Source of the DNA: Callorhinchus milii
Taxonomy: Eukaryota
NCBI RefSeq assembly: GCF_018977255.1
Contig: NW_024704743.1
Coordinates: 30,754,001 to 30,818,000, forward strand
DNA: 64,000 nt
Direction: 5' to 3'
The position numbers and the translations under genes were made by a program. The notes beneath the pieces are model-generated. The model was not told the DNA's origin. It worked only from the letters and a program-made list of their open reading frames with translations, and ran no database searches. Positions 25,408-38,679 of this stretch are shown here, in pieces. Position 1 is the stretch's first letter; each line of letters starts with the position of its first letter.

Positions 25408-25965
25408 TTCTATGATTCTATATTGGGTGCAGGCTGTACAATAGGCAATAATGAATTAGTCAATTAGAGAAAAAAGCAAAAGAGGGTGTAAATAACTAAT
25501 TCTGTATGCATCATTATAAGAACACCAAAGCAGCACAAAGCTTTCGTTTTTGAGAAACAAATTTATAATTGCATCCAATTGTTTATCAAAGAAGTAATTC
25601 ATGGCAAACAAACAGAACTACGAATCATGAGCTTACAAACACATATTAAATTTTACATTAGTTTCTATGGTAAGTGTGGCCATTCATTCTAATCACGACA
25701 CTGTACGTAACATTTTGTTCAAGAGCCAAAATTACATGGCAAATTTTCTGAAGTGATTGTACAGAGCATGTAAATTGGGAGATAAAACCACATTCAACTA
25801 CAAGATGCAGTAGTTATGAGTTGTTTGAGATCATGAGGTCAGTGCTCCCAGCAAAGCATACCTTGCCTCTTTCACCCACCCAACCAGTGGATGGGTGGGG
25901 AGGGAGGCTCTAAAAGGCTTGATGTCTCCTTCTCTCATACAGAATCCGCAAATGGTGCTGAAAAA

Positions 25966-26107
25966 GCTAGGTGGCATACATATGTGGAAATCTCTGAGAC
26001 GCTACCCAAGGGTGTTATGTAAATGCAAAATGTTGTTATTGGTTTGGATACTCTTAAGCATGGTGATGGGGTTCGGCATATGGCAGACATCCAGCTTACC
26101 AAAAAAA
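25966..26107 (+). mobile_element. Family X terminal fragment, interrupted by a SINE/L2 tail
   Basis: ggtttggatactcttaagcatggtgatgggg...cagacatccagcttaccaaaaaaa. Confidence 0.8.
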
Positions 26108-27900
26108 GCTATCCTCCTACAACTCCCACCACAGCACCCTCCAACAACCCACCCCCGCAGAACCCAACACCCCCCCGCCCTCCTGCTATACCTCCAAAAG
26201 CCATCACTCCATTCACTGACTTCACAAATATGTGCCTTTGATGCAAAATTGGCATTTAGCATTTGACGTTAATGATAACGACTAGAAAACAAAGTGTAAA
26301 GAATCAATTGGAGTGATTCAATGATAAATTTTCAGCACCTTAAAGTAAATCTTCCGTCAGTCCTGGCTTCAACAGCAGCCTTCTTTTAAACACTTACACA
26401 CGCATTAACATTCTCACATGGTCTCAGTATTGATTTTATTCTTTTCATTCTACAGAATTTTTCATTCTCTTAATGTAACTTGTCAATTTCTTCCATTATT
26501 ACTGAGTATGATTCTTTGTCTAGGATGATAAACTAATACAGAAACTCCTCTTCAGTACATTAACACAGCAAATAAAGCAGTACTGTGAACAATGTCAGGC
26601 CCAAATAGCACAGAATTTAGCAATGATTCTTATCTAGATTACACCATGAATATTTGTTACCAAAAAAAATTCTTCCCTTTCCTTACTATTTATAAAGCTC
26701 TTGGAATGCTTTTTATCTGCATTTAGCCATTTACAATCCAAGCATGATCTTAGTCTCTGAGGACAAAGACCACTAAGTTGAACAACTTAAAAGACCAAAG
26801 TGACCACAGACTTGTTTAATGTTAGTTAGAGAAACATGGATCAAAGTTTCTCTCTCATTAGTGTTGTGTGTGGTATTAACAAGCAGCAAAATCATGGTAT
26901 CAAGCTTCTTTAATCAGCTGATGTCTGAACGAAATGGCTCTTTACCACTGACCAAGTCTGAGGTGGAACACAAGGAGGATAATGATGTAGTGTGTGCTGT
27001 ACAGCGAACCAGAGTAATCCCAGGAATGTAATGACACTTACGGAAAAACTACTATATAAAGCTCCCTCCAATCCCAGCTACAATTTAAAGCATCTCCAAG
27101 TTGTTAACTTTGTAGGATTCTGACGAGTGATATGAAACCTATCAATGGTTTTATCCTCCAGTCCTATTACTGTAAGCTACATTAGCGAAGATACAGACTC
27201 ATTACTTCCATCCTCCTTTCCAGCTTTGAATGTGAGCTGGGAAAGGAAGAGGGTCGAGAGAGGTTTCATTGCGTACATGCAGTTTGTGTGTTCATTTCCC
27301 TGGTTATATTACACATCTGCCATTGCTGCAATGGAATTTTGTGCACAACAGCGATGCCAAAATGTTCAAAATGCCAATTTTCCAGAAATCAAAGCTTGGC
27401 ATCAACAGTCTAAGAAGAACAGCCTTCCACCAACCGTGCTGCACACTGGTTACAGTACAACTGCAGATTTCACACATCGCACTTCGACTATACTATATGT
27501 TTTGCACCAGTTCAACTTAATTCAACCCCACATAGAATCAACACTAAAATGCTAGATCACTGCAGTTTAAGTGGCACAAATACATCTTCAGTCCCAATCC
27601 TGAAACCGCCTATCTGAGGCGATGTAACATTTGAATCGATGTGAATGATCCAGCATGACTCCATATTTACTGCAGTCAATAAATGCAGAGGGAACTTTCA
27701 AAGTTTAAAAGTTTAAGTCGTTTTAATGTTAATGGAGATTAAAGTTAGCCAACATTCTGCACCAGTTAGAGGAGCTCTATCCATGTGTTCAGTTGTATGC
27801 TACTTGAACTCTACTTTCCCTGAACTCAGTCACATGCGAGAACAGTTTGGAGCCTGTCATACGACTGGTTTCCTACCCTGAATTAATTACCCTATTATAG

Positions 27901-28335
27901 GCAACAGCAACAGTTTATATTTATGTAGCACCTCTCATGTCAAGAGAATGTTTCAAAGTGCTTCACACAAACTGACTTGAAGCCTGGGCTGGAAAAAGGG
28001 GGTGGGTGGGGATGGGTGGTAATTGGTGACTGAAAGCACAGTCGAAAAGAGAGATCTTAAGGAGGGCTATAAAAGTGAGGAGTGAGGGGTGTGTCAGAGG
28101 GAGTCTGCGATGGAGTTGCAGAGAGCATGGCATAATGGCTGAAAGCTCGCTGTCCAAGGGGGCAGAGTAGAGAGAAGGACTTAAAGTAGGCGTCTGTTAG
28201 CTGACCAAAGGGGGCAGCCAGGCGGTAGGGTTCCAGGAGATTGCAGAGGGAGGGTGGGATAGGCAATGCTATGGAGAGATTCCAACACAAGGACAAAGAT
28301 CTAAAATTTGATCTGTGAGAGCATGAGAGCTAGTG
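27901..28335 (-). mobile_element. Old L2 3' fragment
   Basis: L2 tail at 27901-27965, then LKISLFDCAF-like and SLCNLLEPY-like remnants on the minus strand. Confidence 0.75.
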
Positions 28336-28774
28336 CCCCAAATGAGGTTGGGAGTGGGGATGGAGTGTGTGTGAAGGACCTGCAGAGCCTTGTGCAGGAG
28401 AGAATAAACCATCTAGGACATAACAAAGGTGTGGATGTGACAAGCTCACCCTTTTTGTACCATTAGGAAATTCAGCAACAGTCAGAAGCCCACACCCATT
28501 TTGAGTTGCACACAGAGAACTCCTTCCTCCATTGAGGTATGAGGAGTCAGTATAACCAAGGCTACCCGTACGCTGGTCCATTCTGCAGAAAATAGCAGTG
28601 TTCCAGCAAAATACTACATTCAGCAAATACTCAAGTTAGATTGCCTCCAGATTAACTGGACTCTTTGAAATAGCATTAAATCTCGAAGAACTGAACAGAT
28701 GATAGACTTTAGGCACCACAGCACAGGCTCTGCACAATGATTACAAGCTATTCAAACAGCTTCTTCTCTGTACC

Positions 28775-29361
28775 TTGTCACATCAAGGCTCGATTATGGA
28801 TACTCCCTCCTCATCGGCTTTCCCAACTCTTCCCTTCACAAGCTGCAGCTCGTGTACTCTCACGCACCAGGCTCTGCGACCTCATCACTCCCACCCTCGC
28901 CTGACTCCACTGGCTCCCCATCCCCCAGAGGATCGAGTTCAAGATCCTCATCCTCACTTTCAAGGCCATCCATGGCCTTGCCCTCTCCTACCTCTCTGAC
29001 CTGCTTACTCCCTACCAACCTGCCCGCTCCCTCCATTCAGCGGGCTCCAGCCTGCTCCATGTCTCTCGCCCGACCTACCCTACTATCAGTGGCCGGTCTT
29101 TCAGCCTCTCTGCCTCCACACTCTGGAACTCTATCCCACGGTCCCTTTGCCTTGCTTCCTCCCTTGCCTCCTTCAAGGCCGGTCTCAAGACCCTTCTCTT
29201 CGATCGTGCCTTTGGTCGCCCTCCCACCTCTCTGCCTTCCCTCGCCCCTACACCACCCCTCCCCCATGCTCGGGCCCCGACACCTAACTGTTCAGCACTT
29301 TGGGACATCCTCCTGACATGAAAGGCGCTCTATAAGTGTAATTTTGGTGGTGTTGTTTGGT
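28775..29361 (+). mobile_element. L2 3' fragment
   Basis: acatcaaggctcgattat (TSRLDY), ctccactggctccc (LHWLP), aggatcgagttcaagatcctc (RIEFKIL); tail cagcactttgggacatcctcctgacatgaaaggcgctctataagtgtaattttggtggtg. Confidence 0.92.
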
Positions 29362-30431
29362 GTACTGTTGACTATAGTACTGACAGCTAAAAAGGGTAGG
29401 AATACCAATTAAAGGCCACAAATTGAAATGAGCAAAAACAGCCCACTGCACTGAACAACCCAATCCTCTCCATTCATTATTAACAAAACGAGTGTGAAGA
29501 AAATTCACATGTATTTATTTCAAAAGGCAATATAAAACAAAAACAGTTCTGAGATTCAAATCTGATCAAAGTTAGCAAATAACAACCACTAAAGATATAA
29601 AAAAAATTTACAAACACACACACACTCACAAAATGTGAGAGAGGAGAGAGCGATGTCCAGAGATGGGAACAGGCACTTTTATAACACACCTAAAATTCTC
29701 TCTTTGAGTGCACATGCAGCCACCTACCCCTCCCCAACTTAGAAACACTTTCTTACATGAAAAGCACTAAATAAGTGCAAGTTGCAGTTTTACAGTTCAA
29801 TTTACACATCACGTGTTTTAATGCCATACCATATTTTGCAAATTCCCTCCTATGCAGTGCTAAACAGCAAAATATCACTTTGTTGTAAGAGTAATATTAG
29901 GGTTGGTGTATTTAACCACTGTACTATAATATTGCTCTGGAGGACTTTTATATACTATTTTCCATTTCAGTTTTTCCAGGTGTGCTGGTAATCATTTCTG
30001 TATGAATGAATTTTGGCCTCTGGAGTGATACGTTGTCATAACTATTGATTCAGAGTAGGTAACATATCTTCCCAGGTTAGAAAGTCCACCCAGACTTGGC
30101 AACAGCTTGCAGCCTTAAATACATCTGAGCAGCACCCACACCCACATCCATACACCTACACCTTTTCATTTGACGACAAGGCTGGAGAGCAAGCGAAATG
30201 TAAAGTTGCAGAAATCAAAACAACCTCAATTTGACCTTATCTTCACCATCAATTTCAAAACAAAATAGATGATGAGCAGAAAATTCAGCTAGCTGTTTCC
30301 TATTAGGCTTTCTTGTTTCTCTGACATCAGCAGTTTCCTGGATTGGGACACGTACCTCAACAACAACAAAATTACAATTCTAGAACGCCTTTCAAATTGT
30401 GAGGATGTCCCAAGGCGCTGGGGACCTTACA

Positions 30432-32125
30432 TAATATAACATGTAGGAGCAGGCCATTCGGCCCTTCGAGGTTGCCCTGCGATTCAATCATGGCTGATCT
30501 TCTAATCTAACTCCAGCTAATAACCTGACCCTGCCTTATCCCCATATCCCTTAATCCCTTTTGCAATAAGAAATATATCTATCTCAGTCTTGAATATGTT
30601 CAAGGACTGAGCGTCAACAGTCCTTTGGGATAGTGAGGTCCATACATTCACCACCCTTTGAGTGAAGAAGTTCTTCCTCAACTCAGTGCAAAAGGGCTGG
30701 CCTCTGATTTTAAGGTTGTGACCCCTGGTTTTAGTTTCTCCAACCAGGGGAAACAATCTCCCACTATCTAGTCTATCATGCCCTTCGATGATCTTATAGG
30801 TTTCTATAAGATCCCCTCTAATTCTTGTATATTCTAGAGAATATAGTCCCAAATTGGTCAGCCTATCCTCGTAACTCATCCCCTTCATCCCTGGCACTAA
30901 CCTAGTAAATCTACGCTGCACCCCCTCCAAGGCAAGTACATCCTTCCTTAAATGAGGAGACCAAAACTGGATGCAGTATTCCAGGTGTGGTCTCACCAGG
31001 GCCCTATACAGTTGCAGCAAGACTTCCCTACTCTTATACTCTAATCCTTTCATATTGAATGCTAACATACCGTTCGCCTTCGTAATTGCTGCTGCACCTG
31101 CAGACTAACTTTCTGTGATTGGTGTACAAGGACACCCAAGTCCCTCTGGACGCTAACACATTCTAATCTCTCCCCTTCTAAAAAATAACCCGCTCTACTG
31201 TTTTTGCTACCTAGGTGGGTGACTTCGCACTTCCCTACATTGTACTTCAACTGCCACCTACCTGCCCAATCACCTAACCTATCTATGTCTCGCTGCATTT
31301 TTTAATATCGTCCTCTGTGTTGGCACTTCCTCCTCGTTTTGTGTCAACTGCGAATTTAGATATATTAGCTTCGATGTCCTCATCTAGATCGTTGATGTAG
31401 ATGGTAAATAGCTGAGGCCCAAGGACTGATCCTTGTGGCACTCCACTAGTCACATCCCGCCAATCCGAAAAGGACCCATTTATCCCTACTCTTTGTTTCC
31501 TACCCGTTAACCATTCCCCAATCCACGTTAATATACTCCCCCCAATTCCATGGGCCCCTATCTTTTGGACTAATCTTTTATGCGGCACCTTATCAAATGC
31601 CTTCTGGAAGTCCAAATAGACCACATCCACTGATTCACCCTTATCTAGTTTACTGGAAATGTCCTCAAAAAACTCTATGAGATTTGTCAAACATGACTTC
31701 CCTTTTGTAAAGCCATGTTGACTTGGCCTAATTATATTGTGCTCCCCTAAATACCACACTACCACATCCTTAATCAATGATTCTAAATTTTTTCCTATCT
31801 TCCAATCCATGGGGACTGTTCCAGAATCCAAGGAATTTTGGAAGATCAGACATAAGGCCTCCACTATCACATAAGCTACATCTTTTAAAACCCTGGGATG
31901 CAAGCCATCCGGACCAGTGGATTTGTCACTTTTTAGTGCTAACAGTTTCCCTTGCACCAATTCTCTACTAATGAAAATTTCCCTAAGTTGCTCCCTGTCC
32001 TTAACCCCTTGGTGCATCTCTATTGTTGGCAGACTTGTTGCGTCTTCTAGGGTGAAGACAGATGCAAAGTACCCATTTAGGGACTCTGCCATATCCTTGT
32101 CCCTCATTATAACTTCTCCCGTCTC
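30432..32125 (-). mobile_element. Young CR1 LINE, 5'-truncated, with frameshifted ORF2 and 3' UTR
   Basis: Three consecutive ORFs (31283-32107, 31062-31298, 30517-31068) give CR1 RT motifs [58 protein letters not shown] and RKNFFTQRVV. cttaca occurs at both ends (30426-30431 and 32125-32130). Confidence 0.97.
30517..32107 (-). pseudogene. CR1 ORF2 reverse transcriptase pseudo-ORF: two frameshifts, an 81-nt deletion, catalytic FADD changed to FAVD
   Basis: Direct comparison with the sister copy at 40668-42518. Confidence 0.93.
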
Positions 32126-33043
32126 TTACAGGGAGCAGTTGACTGCAAGTTATTTTGGGGGAAATAAAATGTAATCTATTCCCAGTTATTGCCTGGAGCA
32201 AAACACATGCTAATGTGTTGGAGCAGATACTTTTTATACTAAATAGCTGCAGTGTTTGATTGGAAATATTGGTGCAGTGCTGAGTCACGGGCACACTGCT
32301 TCCAGGAGACCCAAAAGAACTTGTAGGAAGTCTCAGAGTTAGCAACAAGGAAACGTACGGTAACTTCTTGGATAGCAAACTGGCATGTTCAGCTCTTATC
32401 TACAAAAAGTAAGCCAAGTGACATGCCTTTGCCATCATTCTGGCATTTTGAAAATAGTCCCAACTATTCATTAATACAAGACATTCCCCACCCCCTCACA
32501 CATACACGTAAAGTAAATGTCTTGCCTTGCAGGAATCTACTGTCTGCATGACTGAGTAACTATTGACATTGCGCTTTGCAGACATATTTTTAGTTAAACT
32601 GTCCATCCAGAAGATAGACCATAGGCTAGTTATTCAAAAGGCAAACGCTATAGTTCACGTACACAGTGCCTGGAGACAGAAGCCAGTTGCTTTCAAATGC
32701 GTTCAAGGTGCAGGGGCTGTCAATGTGTTTGGAAGGTGGTGCAAGCTCACTGAATATAGTTTTATACACAGCACATTTTTAAATGATAATGTTCACCTAC
32801 AAAATGCACAATAAATACACTTTACGACAACTCTTATGCAGCGATTTGAGATGTCCTCTTGATGTGAAAGGAGCTATACTAAATGCAAAGATTATTACTA
32901 TTATTCTCTGATTATTAAAACACTTACCTTAGTATTAAAAAAATAAATGGAGCTACCACTTGATTTTATACTACTGTAAATAGAAATTGTAGAGTTATTT
33001 TTTAACATTAAGGTAAGAGTTTTAATAATATGGCAAGCTATGT

Positions 33044-33312
33044 GGTTTTAGCTGGTTAGACTCCAGCAATACCCCAACGCACAATCTGAGGTCCCCAAGC
33101 CATAGCTCTTGCCAACCTGCGCCTAATACTTTCCAGAATTAGGTAAGCAGGATGCGTCTCCAGGGATAGAGTGCACATCACATTCCACCAAACTATTTGG
33201 AATTTCCATGTGTAGGTGGCATGCCTGGAATTCTCAGCTTGGTTTGAATACTCTTGAACATGGTGATGGATTTCCACATGTGTCAGACATCCGGCTGACC
33301 AATAGATAAATA
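33044..33312 (+). mobile_element. Family X copy ending in an A-rich tail
   Basis: ...ggtttgaatactcttgaacatggtgatggatttccacatgtgtcagacatccggctgaccaatagataaataaaa. Confidence 0.85.
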
Positions 33313-33458
33313 AAGGTAAGAGCTATATAAAAAAAAGTGACTGTGCCGTGAGCAAAGTAATGCATAATTTGCAATTTAATGTTATTAAGTAGATCATAGT
33401 AAATTTTTTCAATGGTTTAGTTGATAAAGTCACTTGCCCAGAGTGAGACAGAGTGAGC

Positions 33459-33632
33459 TTTTTTTTTTGGTCAGTCAGATGTCTGACACACAGTGATATC
33501 CATTGCCATGCTTAAGAGTATCCAAACCAAAGTTCCACCCATCCCACCTATATACAAGTGTATTAGAATCTGTACCCTTTCCCTGGAGGAACACATCAGG
33601 CTTACCTAATTCCAGAAAGTATTAGGTCTGGG
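33459..33632 (-). mobile_element. Family X copy with oligo(A) end
   Basis: The plus strand reads t(10)ggtcagtcagatgtctgacac...ccatgcttaagagtatccaaacc...gcttacctaattccagaaagtattagg. Confidence 0.85.
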
Positions 33633-33644
33633 CCGTATATATTA

Positions 33645-33790
33645 TATTGAATCCTGCCTGTGCTGGGACAGCTGATATCAGCTCGGGCAGTAGTAGGGAT
33701 ATTAGAGTCGGATTTTCATGCCCTGAAATAGGAGGGGACAGAAAAAAAATCAACATGGATTCCTGCTCCTGATAGCACTGCAGTTGGTGA
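33645..33790 (+). mobile_element. Fragment of the third SINE family
   Basis: ctgtgctgggacagctgatatcagctcgggcagtagtaggg...aaaatcaacatggattcctgctcctgatagc. Confidence 0.6.
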
Positions 33791-34587
33791 CACAAGTCTG
33801 CCAATGAGATCTGCAGCAAATTGATGGCTCTCTGAGCCACAGGAAAATAGCCACTTTGGAATGTCTTCACTGTGTACATGAAATGCTAAATACCGAGAAA
33901 CAGATACCTGTATTGGAAAACAAAAATTTGCATTTATATACTGCCTTTCACATCGGCACAACTTCCCAAGGCATGGAAAACCATTCTGGATACAAGTTGC
34001 ATGTTCAAGGTTCCCAACAGGATTTAATTCCTTATCTCAGTCAGTATGTTGGAAAGGAAGGGGGAAGAAAGAAAGACATATTAAGACATTTCGATATGGA
34101 GGAAAAAAGAAACAAAAGACCTAAGACCATTCCTACTCACCTCCCAGCATGTGGATTAAGGGCACTCTAGTCATAACTAATGAAACGGCTGTGCTATGAG
34201 GGAAATTGGAGAAAGAAATTGAAAGAGAAGCGAAATTGGAGTCTTGGGAAACTAGAACTTCAACAGGTCCCAAGTGAGAGCTCTGCAGCTTTACTCGACC
34301 AATACAATAAACTTGTACTGCCAAGTACAGACATTCAATTATCCCAAACTACCTTTATGCCACTCTGGGCAATTTTCACTGTCAATATATTCACTCATAA
34401 ATATATCAACCCTACACTTTAGAGTATATCCTCCTGACATGAAAGTCTCTATATTAAACATAGGGATTATTATATCTATTGTAAATTTTCTTAAAGCCTG
34501 CCAGGTGTTTCACACAAAAAACATGCATGTCATCATAACAAACTATTGAGAGTGGTTTGGTTATGTACAGTTTCTATTTGTCAGATA

Positions 34588-34920
34588 TGAAGTGTGCATC
34601 TCTCTCCAGAGGGATTCATCCTTCTTATTTAATCCTGAATAGTTTAGATGCAGGTTGGCAGGAGCCAAGGCTTGAGAACTCCAAAAATGTGTACTGGGAT
34701 AATGGGAGTTTAACCAGCTACAGCCAGATGTTGAGAAGACTGGCAAACTTCCCACTGCTTATCGATTAGGGTTTCGGCTTGCAGGGTTAGTAGACACCAA
34801 GTGGGAAGAATCCCAGCCCCCAGTGACTCGTCTGCTCTTATTAATTACAAAGTGACCCTGTATACATACATACCCTACAAGTATAATCACCAGTTGGTCA
34901 TTAGACATCTGACAAGCACA
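34588..34920 (-). mobile_element. Family X internal fragment with a deletion
   Basis: Matches about 11090-11370, then jumps to caccagttggtcattagacatctgacaagc (compare 11577-11606). Confidence 0.8.
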
Positions 34921-37430
34921 GGTCTGTGCCATCAATAACTGGAGAACAAGTACTTGGGAACTCTTTGCAATATTTGTGTGGTGAGCAGCACGACTTTGTA
35001 GGAAGAGAAAATGAACTGGGGAGAATTTTAGAAACAGTTTTGTTGCTAAGTGACATGCAGCTTTGAAAAGACATGCATGGTGTACAAACAGTGCGTCATT
35101 GCAACTAATCATTTGGTTGCTATTAGTGATATTTATTACCTCAAGTGATGGGCCACAGTTTAACGTGAAAGGTCACCTACACAACTCCACAGTGATATTA
35201 CAGGCAATAACTGGGCATTGCTCTACAACAATGTACAAGATTTTCAGTGTTTATGACAAGAATCTTAGTGAAGCACAATGCAGAACAGGAGTAAAATTAC
35301 AACTGTTTTTTGAACTTGGGTAGTGTCTGGAGAGAGCTTCTTGAGGTACAGATAACACTATAGAGTGACGTATTGTTGCTTACTGGTCTCTTACTGGTGA
35401 TTATGGTAGCATGAGCAATATGAAGTGACAATTTAATATAATTTTTGTATTATATTTGGAAAAAGGAACTGGTGAGGTTATTGATATTAATTTGTCTCCT
35501 TTCACGAGACTGAGAAATAAAATCACTGTTTTCCAATTGTCCATTCTGGGCCTGTCCAAGACATCAGGGCTGCTGGATGTTATCCTATGTGAAGGTTGCT
35601 TTAGGAATGCAAGTTGCTGCTGTTGTTGACACCTACCAGAAAGCAACACATACCGCACAAACTTGAGACGAGTAATACTGAATGCAGCTGAAATTGGTCG
35701 CCCCTTGAATTAAGCAGGTTACAGAGGGCAATCGATAAAGATAAAGCCAAATCTAAACAATATTGACATTCATTATATTATATAGTAAAACCGCTTCATG
35801 AAATGCTCCTTATAACACTAGTTCTTAGAAAATATTTGTTATCTGTAGTCACTGGCAATACTGTAACTCCCTTTGTGTGTGTACACACATCCCATGTTTT
35901 TCCCTTTCTAATCTCCCAATCTAAAACTACAACAACTGACCTCGCTAGTGAGTCAAAGAAATGGAAAGTGAGAATAAGACTGACATTCAAATAACTGTAT
36001 ACTATCTTTAAGACCATTTACTCAGGTATTAAGTGGAGCAGTGAATTCATAAATAGTCAAAGAGGGGTGAATTAAAAAAAGAGACTTAGTGATCTGTGCA
36101 CTTCACAAGTTTTCCTTTCTGTTCCATTAGCAAGGCTTTCTATTGCAGTTCTCAATGAAAACTGTATTGTCCATTATTACTACCATTACAATTTAGCATG
36201 GTATCTTAACTCAGCAGAAAAGACTACTTTACTGAAGAAATAATCCACTCTTCTTTGATAGTAATAGTGTGCCAACAATAAAGCATAGGTTAAAAAGAAA
36301 CAATGTATTGTAGCTCCACAGAAAACTTCATAAATCTGGAGATCAGTTTGTCAAAGCTCAGCTCCAAGTTGTGATGCATCCATGAACCATAGACAAACCC
36401 ACGTTGTTGTCTGTGGTATTCCATGGTGAGTTCTATTGCGTTTCATTTCTCTGATCTTTTATTGATACAACCCATTGATGTGCATAAACCAGTTCAATAT
36501 TTAACTCCCACAGCAGACTCCATGCTTCATTCCTTTATCGTTTAGCCTTTCAACATCGCATGTCTGGGTTATTGCGTTTCTGCAAGGTAGTCTTGGGGCC
36601 TACATGGGAAAAACATACTTTGAAAGCTCACGGTCTTATTATAGAATAAATAGTTATATTTATAGAGTAAATAAATAAATAATGGGTACACAAGCCCAAA
36701 TTCATGTTGGTTCAAATGCTTACTTTATGATTGTAATGTTCTTTAGAAGATAATCTTGAGCCATTTAAGCATATACTAGTAAGATGAATAAGAAAATAAA
36801 TTGTATTGGGCTTACTATTTATTAATAGTAAATTGGGCAGAGGAAAGATTTTTTTTCCCAGTAAGCAGTAATCATTACATCACAAACCGCATATTTCCCC
36901 TTAAATTCATTAAAAGATCACAGAATTTCCAGAGAAAAAATGACCACATCCTAAATGCCAGCCCACTGAAATAATATTAATGATCCCGACAATGTTTTTT
37001 TATTAAACCATATATGCTTCTCTGCATCCACTTCTCTCGCACATATACACACACACATCAATCTAACAAGTTGTTTCCAATTATTATAATTTAATTGAAG
37101 ATTGAACAAGAACAAGAGATATATGTATATATATTTATATACACACACCCACAAACACACACACAGGAGAATAAAGGAAATTGAGTAAAATAAATACAAA
37201 TAAATAGAAAACTAAATACTCATTATTTGACAATTTTTTTAATCCCAGCAGAAATCTATAAGTATACTGGTCTGTCAGACTTTAGTGTGAAGAAAACTAC
37301 AGCCAGTAAGACAAAGATCTTTCAAATGTTTGCTAGCTTTGTTTTTCCAAGAACATCACCTGGTTGAGTTCTTGTTTGCTTAGCGCCTAGGTATTTGGTG
37401 GACCCAGCTAACTAGAAGTTAGGTACACTC

Positions 37431-37630
37431 AGCTTCCTGTGCTGAAAGGTGCCCGATTTCCGGGTCATCATTAATCTCACATCTTGCCTATGGCACATGG
37501 GCAGGAAGCAACACTTGTCACTTCCTTCACACCACACATGCACAGAGAGCACCTCTGATATCATTTTGCAAAGGAAGCAACAACAGCAGGGCTTCCTTCC
37601 TGCACATGAAGCGACATCAGTGCTGACCTG
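37431..37630. promoter_or_regulatory. Candidate enhancer: homotypic ETS-site cluster
   Basis: Seven GGAA/TTCC cores in about 170 bp (cttcctg, atttccgg, caggaag, cacttcc, aggaag, cttccttcctg). Also a RUNX-like accaca, a GATA core and two nuclear-receptor half sites, all in non-repetitive DNA. Confidence 0.45.
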
Positions 37631-38679
37631 ATCACCAACAAGTTAGTCAATTTTTATTCTTATCTATAATGCAAATTCTGGGGTATTGGACCCAGGCAAA
37701 TATATTATCAGCAGGGTATACATATAATATATATATATAAATGCTAAAAATTGGCCATTTTAAGTACATATTTTTCTAACAGTCATCATTGAAATAGGTT
37801 CGAATATTTAGAAAATGTATTTACCAAATTGACTCTTGTGAAGTGGACCTGCAAATCAACCCAGTACTGATAAGTGCCATTGTTGGGACAGAAACTGTAC
37901 TCAAAAGCAGAGTTGCATCTGACATGAACTTTTTTCCTACTAAATCTTTTTAAAGATCGTGACTAATCTAGTCAGAAATCTATACTGCTGTGTATAAACT
38001 ACACAACCATTGTCAGGTAAAAAAAATTCTGATGTTAAAAGTAAAAAAACCATAGTTGAAGAACTGTAAGACTTTTCATAAACCTGCTCCATACACTAAT
38101 ACACATTTAGTAAATTCACTGGATTAAGCTACATTTTAGAATGCCACAAGTGTATTAAATCCATGCTTCGTATATTTTGATCACACCAGGAGAAACATTA
38201 CAATCATTGCATCCAGATTGCACTGGATGAAAATGTCTACTGTTTAAGATGCTGTGGAGGGCAACATCTGCCATTCCAATGTAAAGCAATCAATCAGAGA
38301 AAATACTATGCATATCTTTTGCACATCTGTAAGGGAAATACTGTAGGGGACCGCCCTTTCATCTCAGTGACCTGCTCAAATGCAGTCTAGACGAGTGGGA
38401 TGAAAGTTTTTTTGTATCTATGGCTAGAAGGATCATAGGTGATACACATTTGACACTTTATCTCCCGACTATACTGATGATCACAACAACAACTTGCATT
38501 TATATAGCGGCCTTCATGGAGAGCAGCATGAAGGCCTCTATATAAAGTCTTTAAAGTCTATGGTGCAGCCGAGCGGAAAGAAAGGAGAGTTGATTGTAGG
38601 CATGGTCAAAAAAGGGAAGTCCTCAGGTGTAATACTGGTAAAAATAGCAATGAAGAGAGATTGAGACAGGGAGCCTCAT

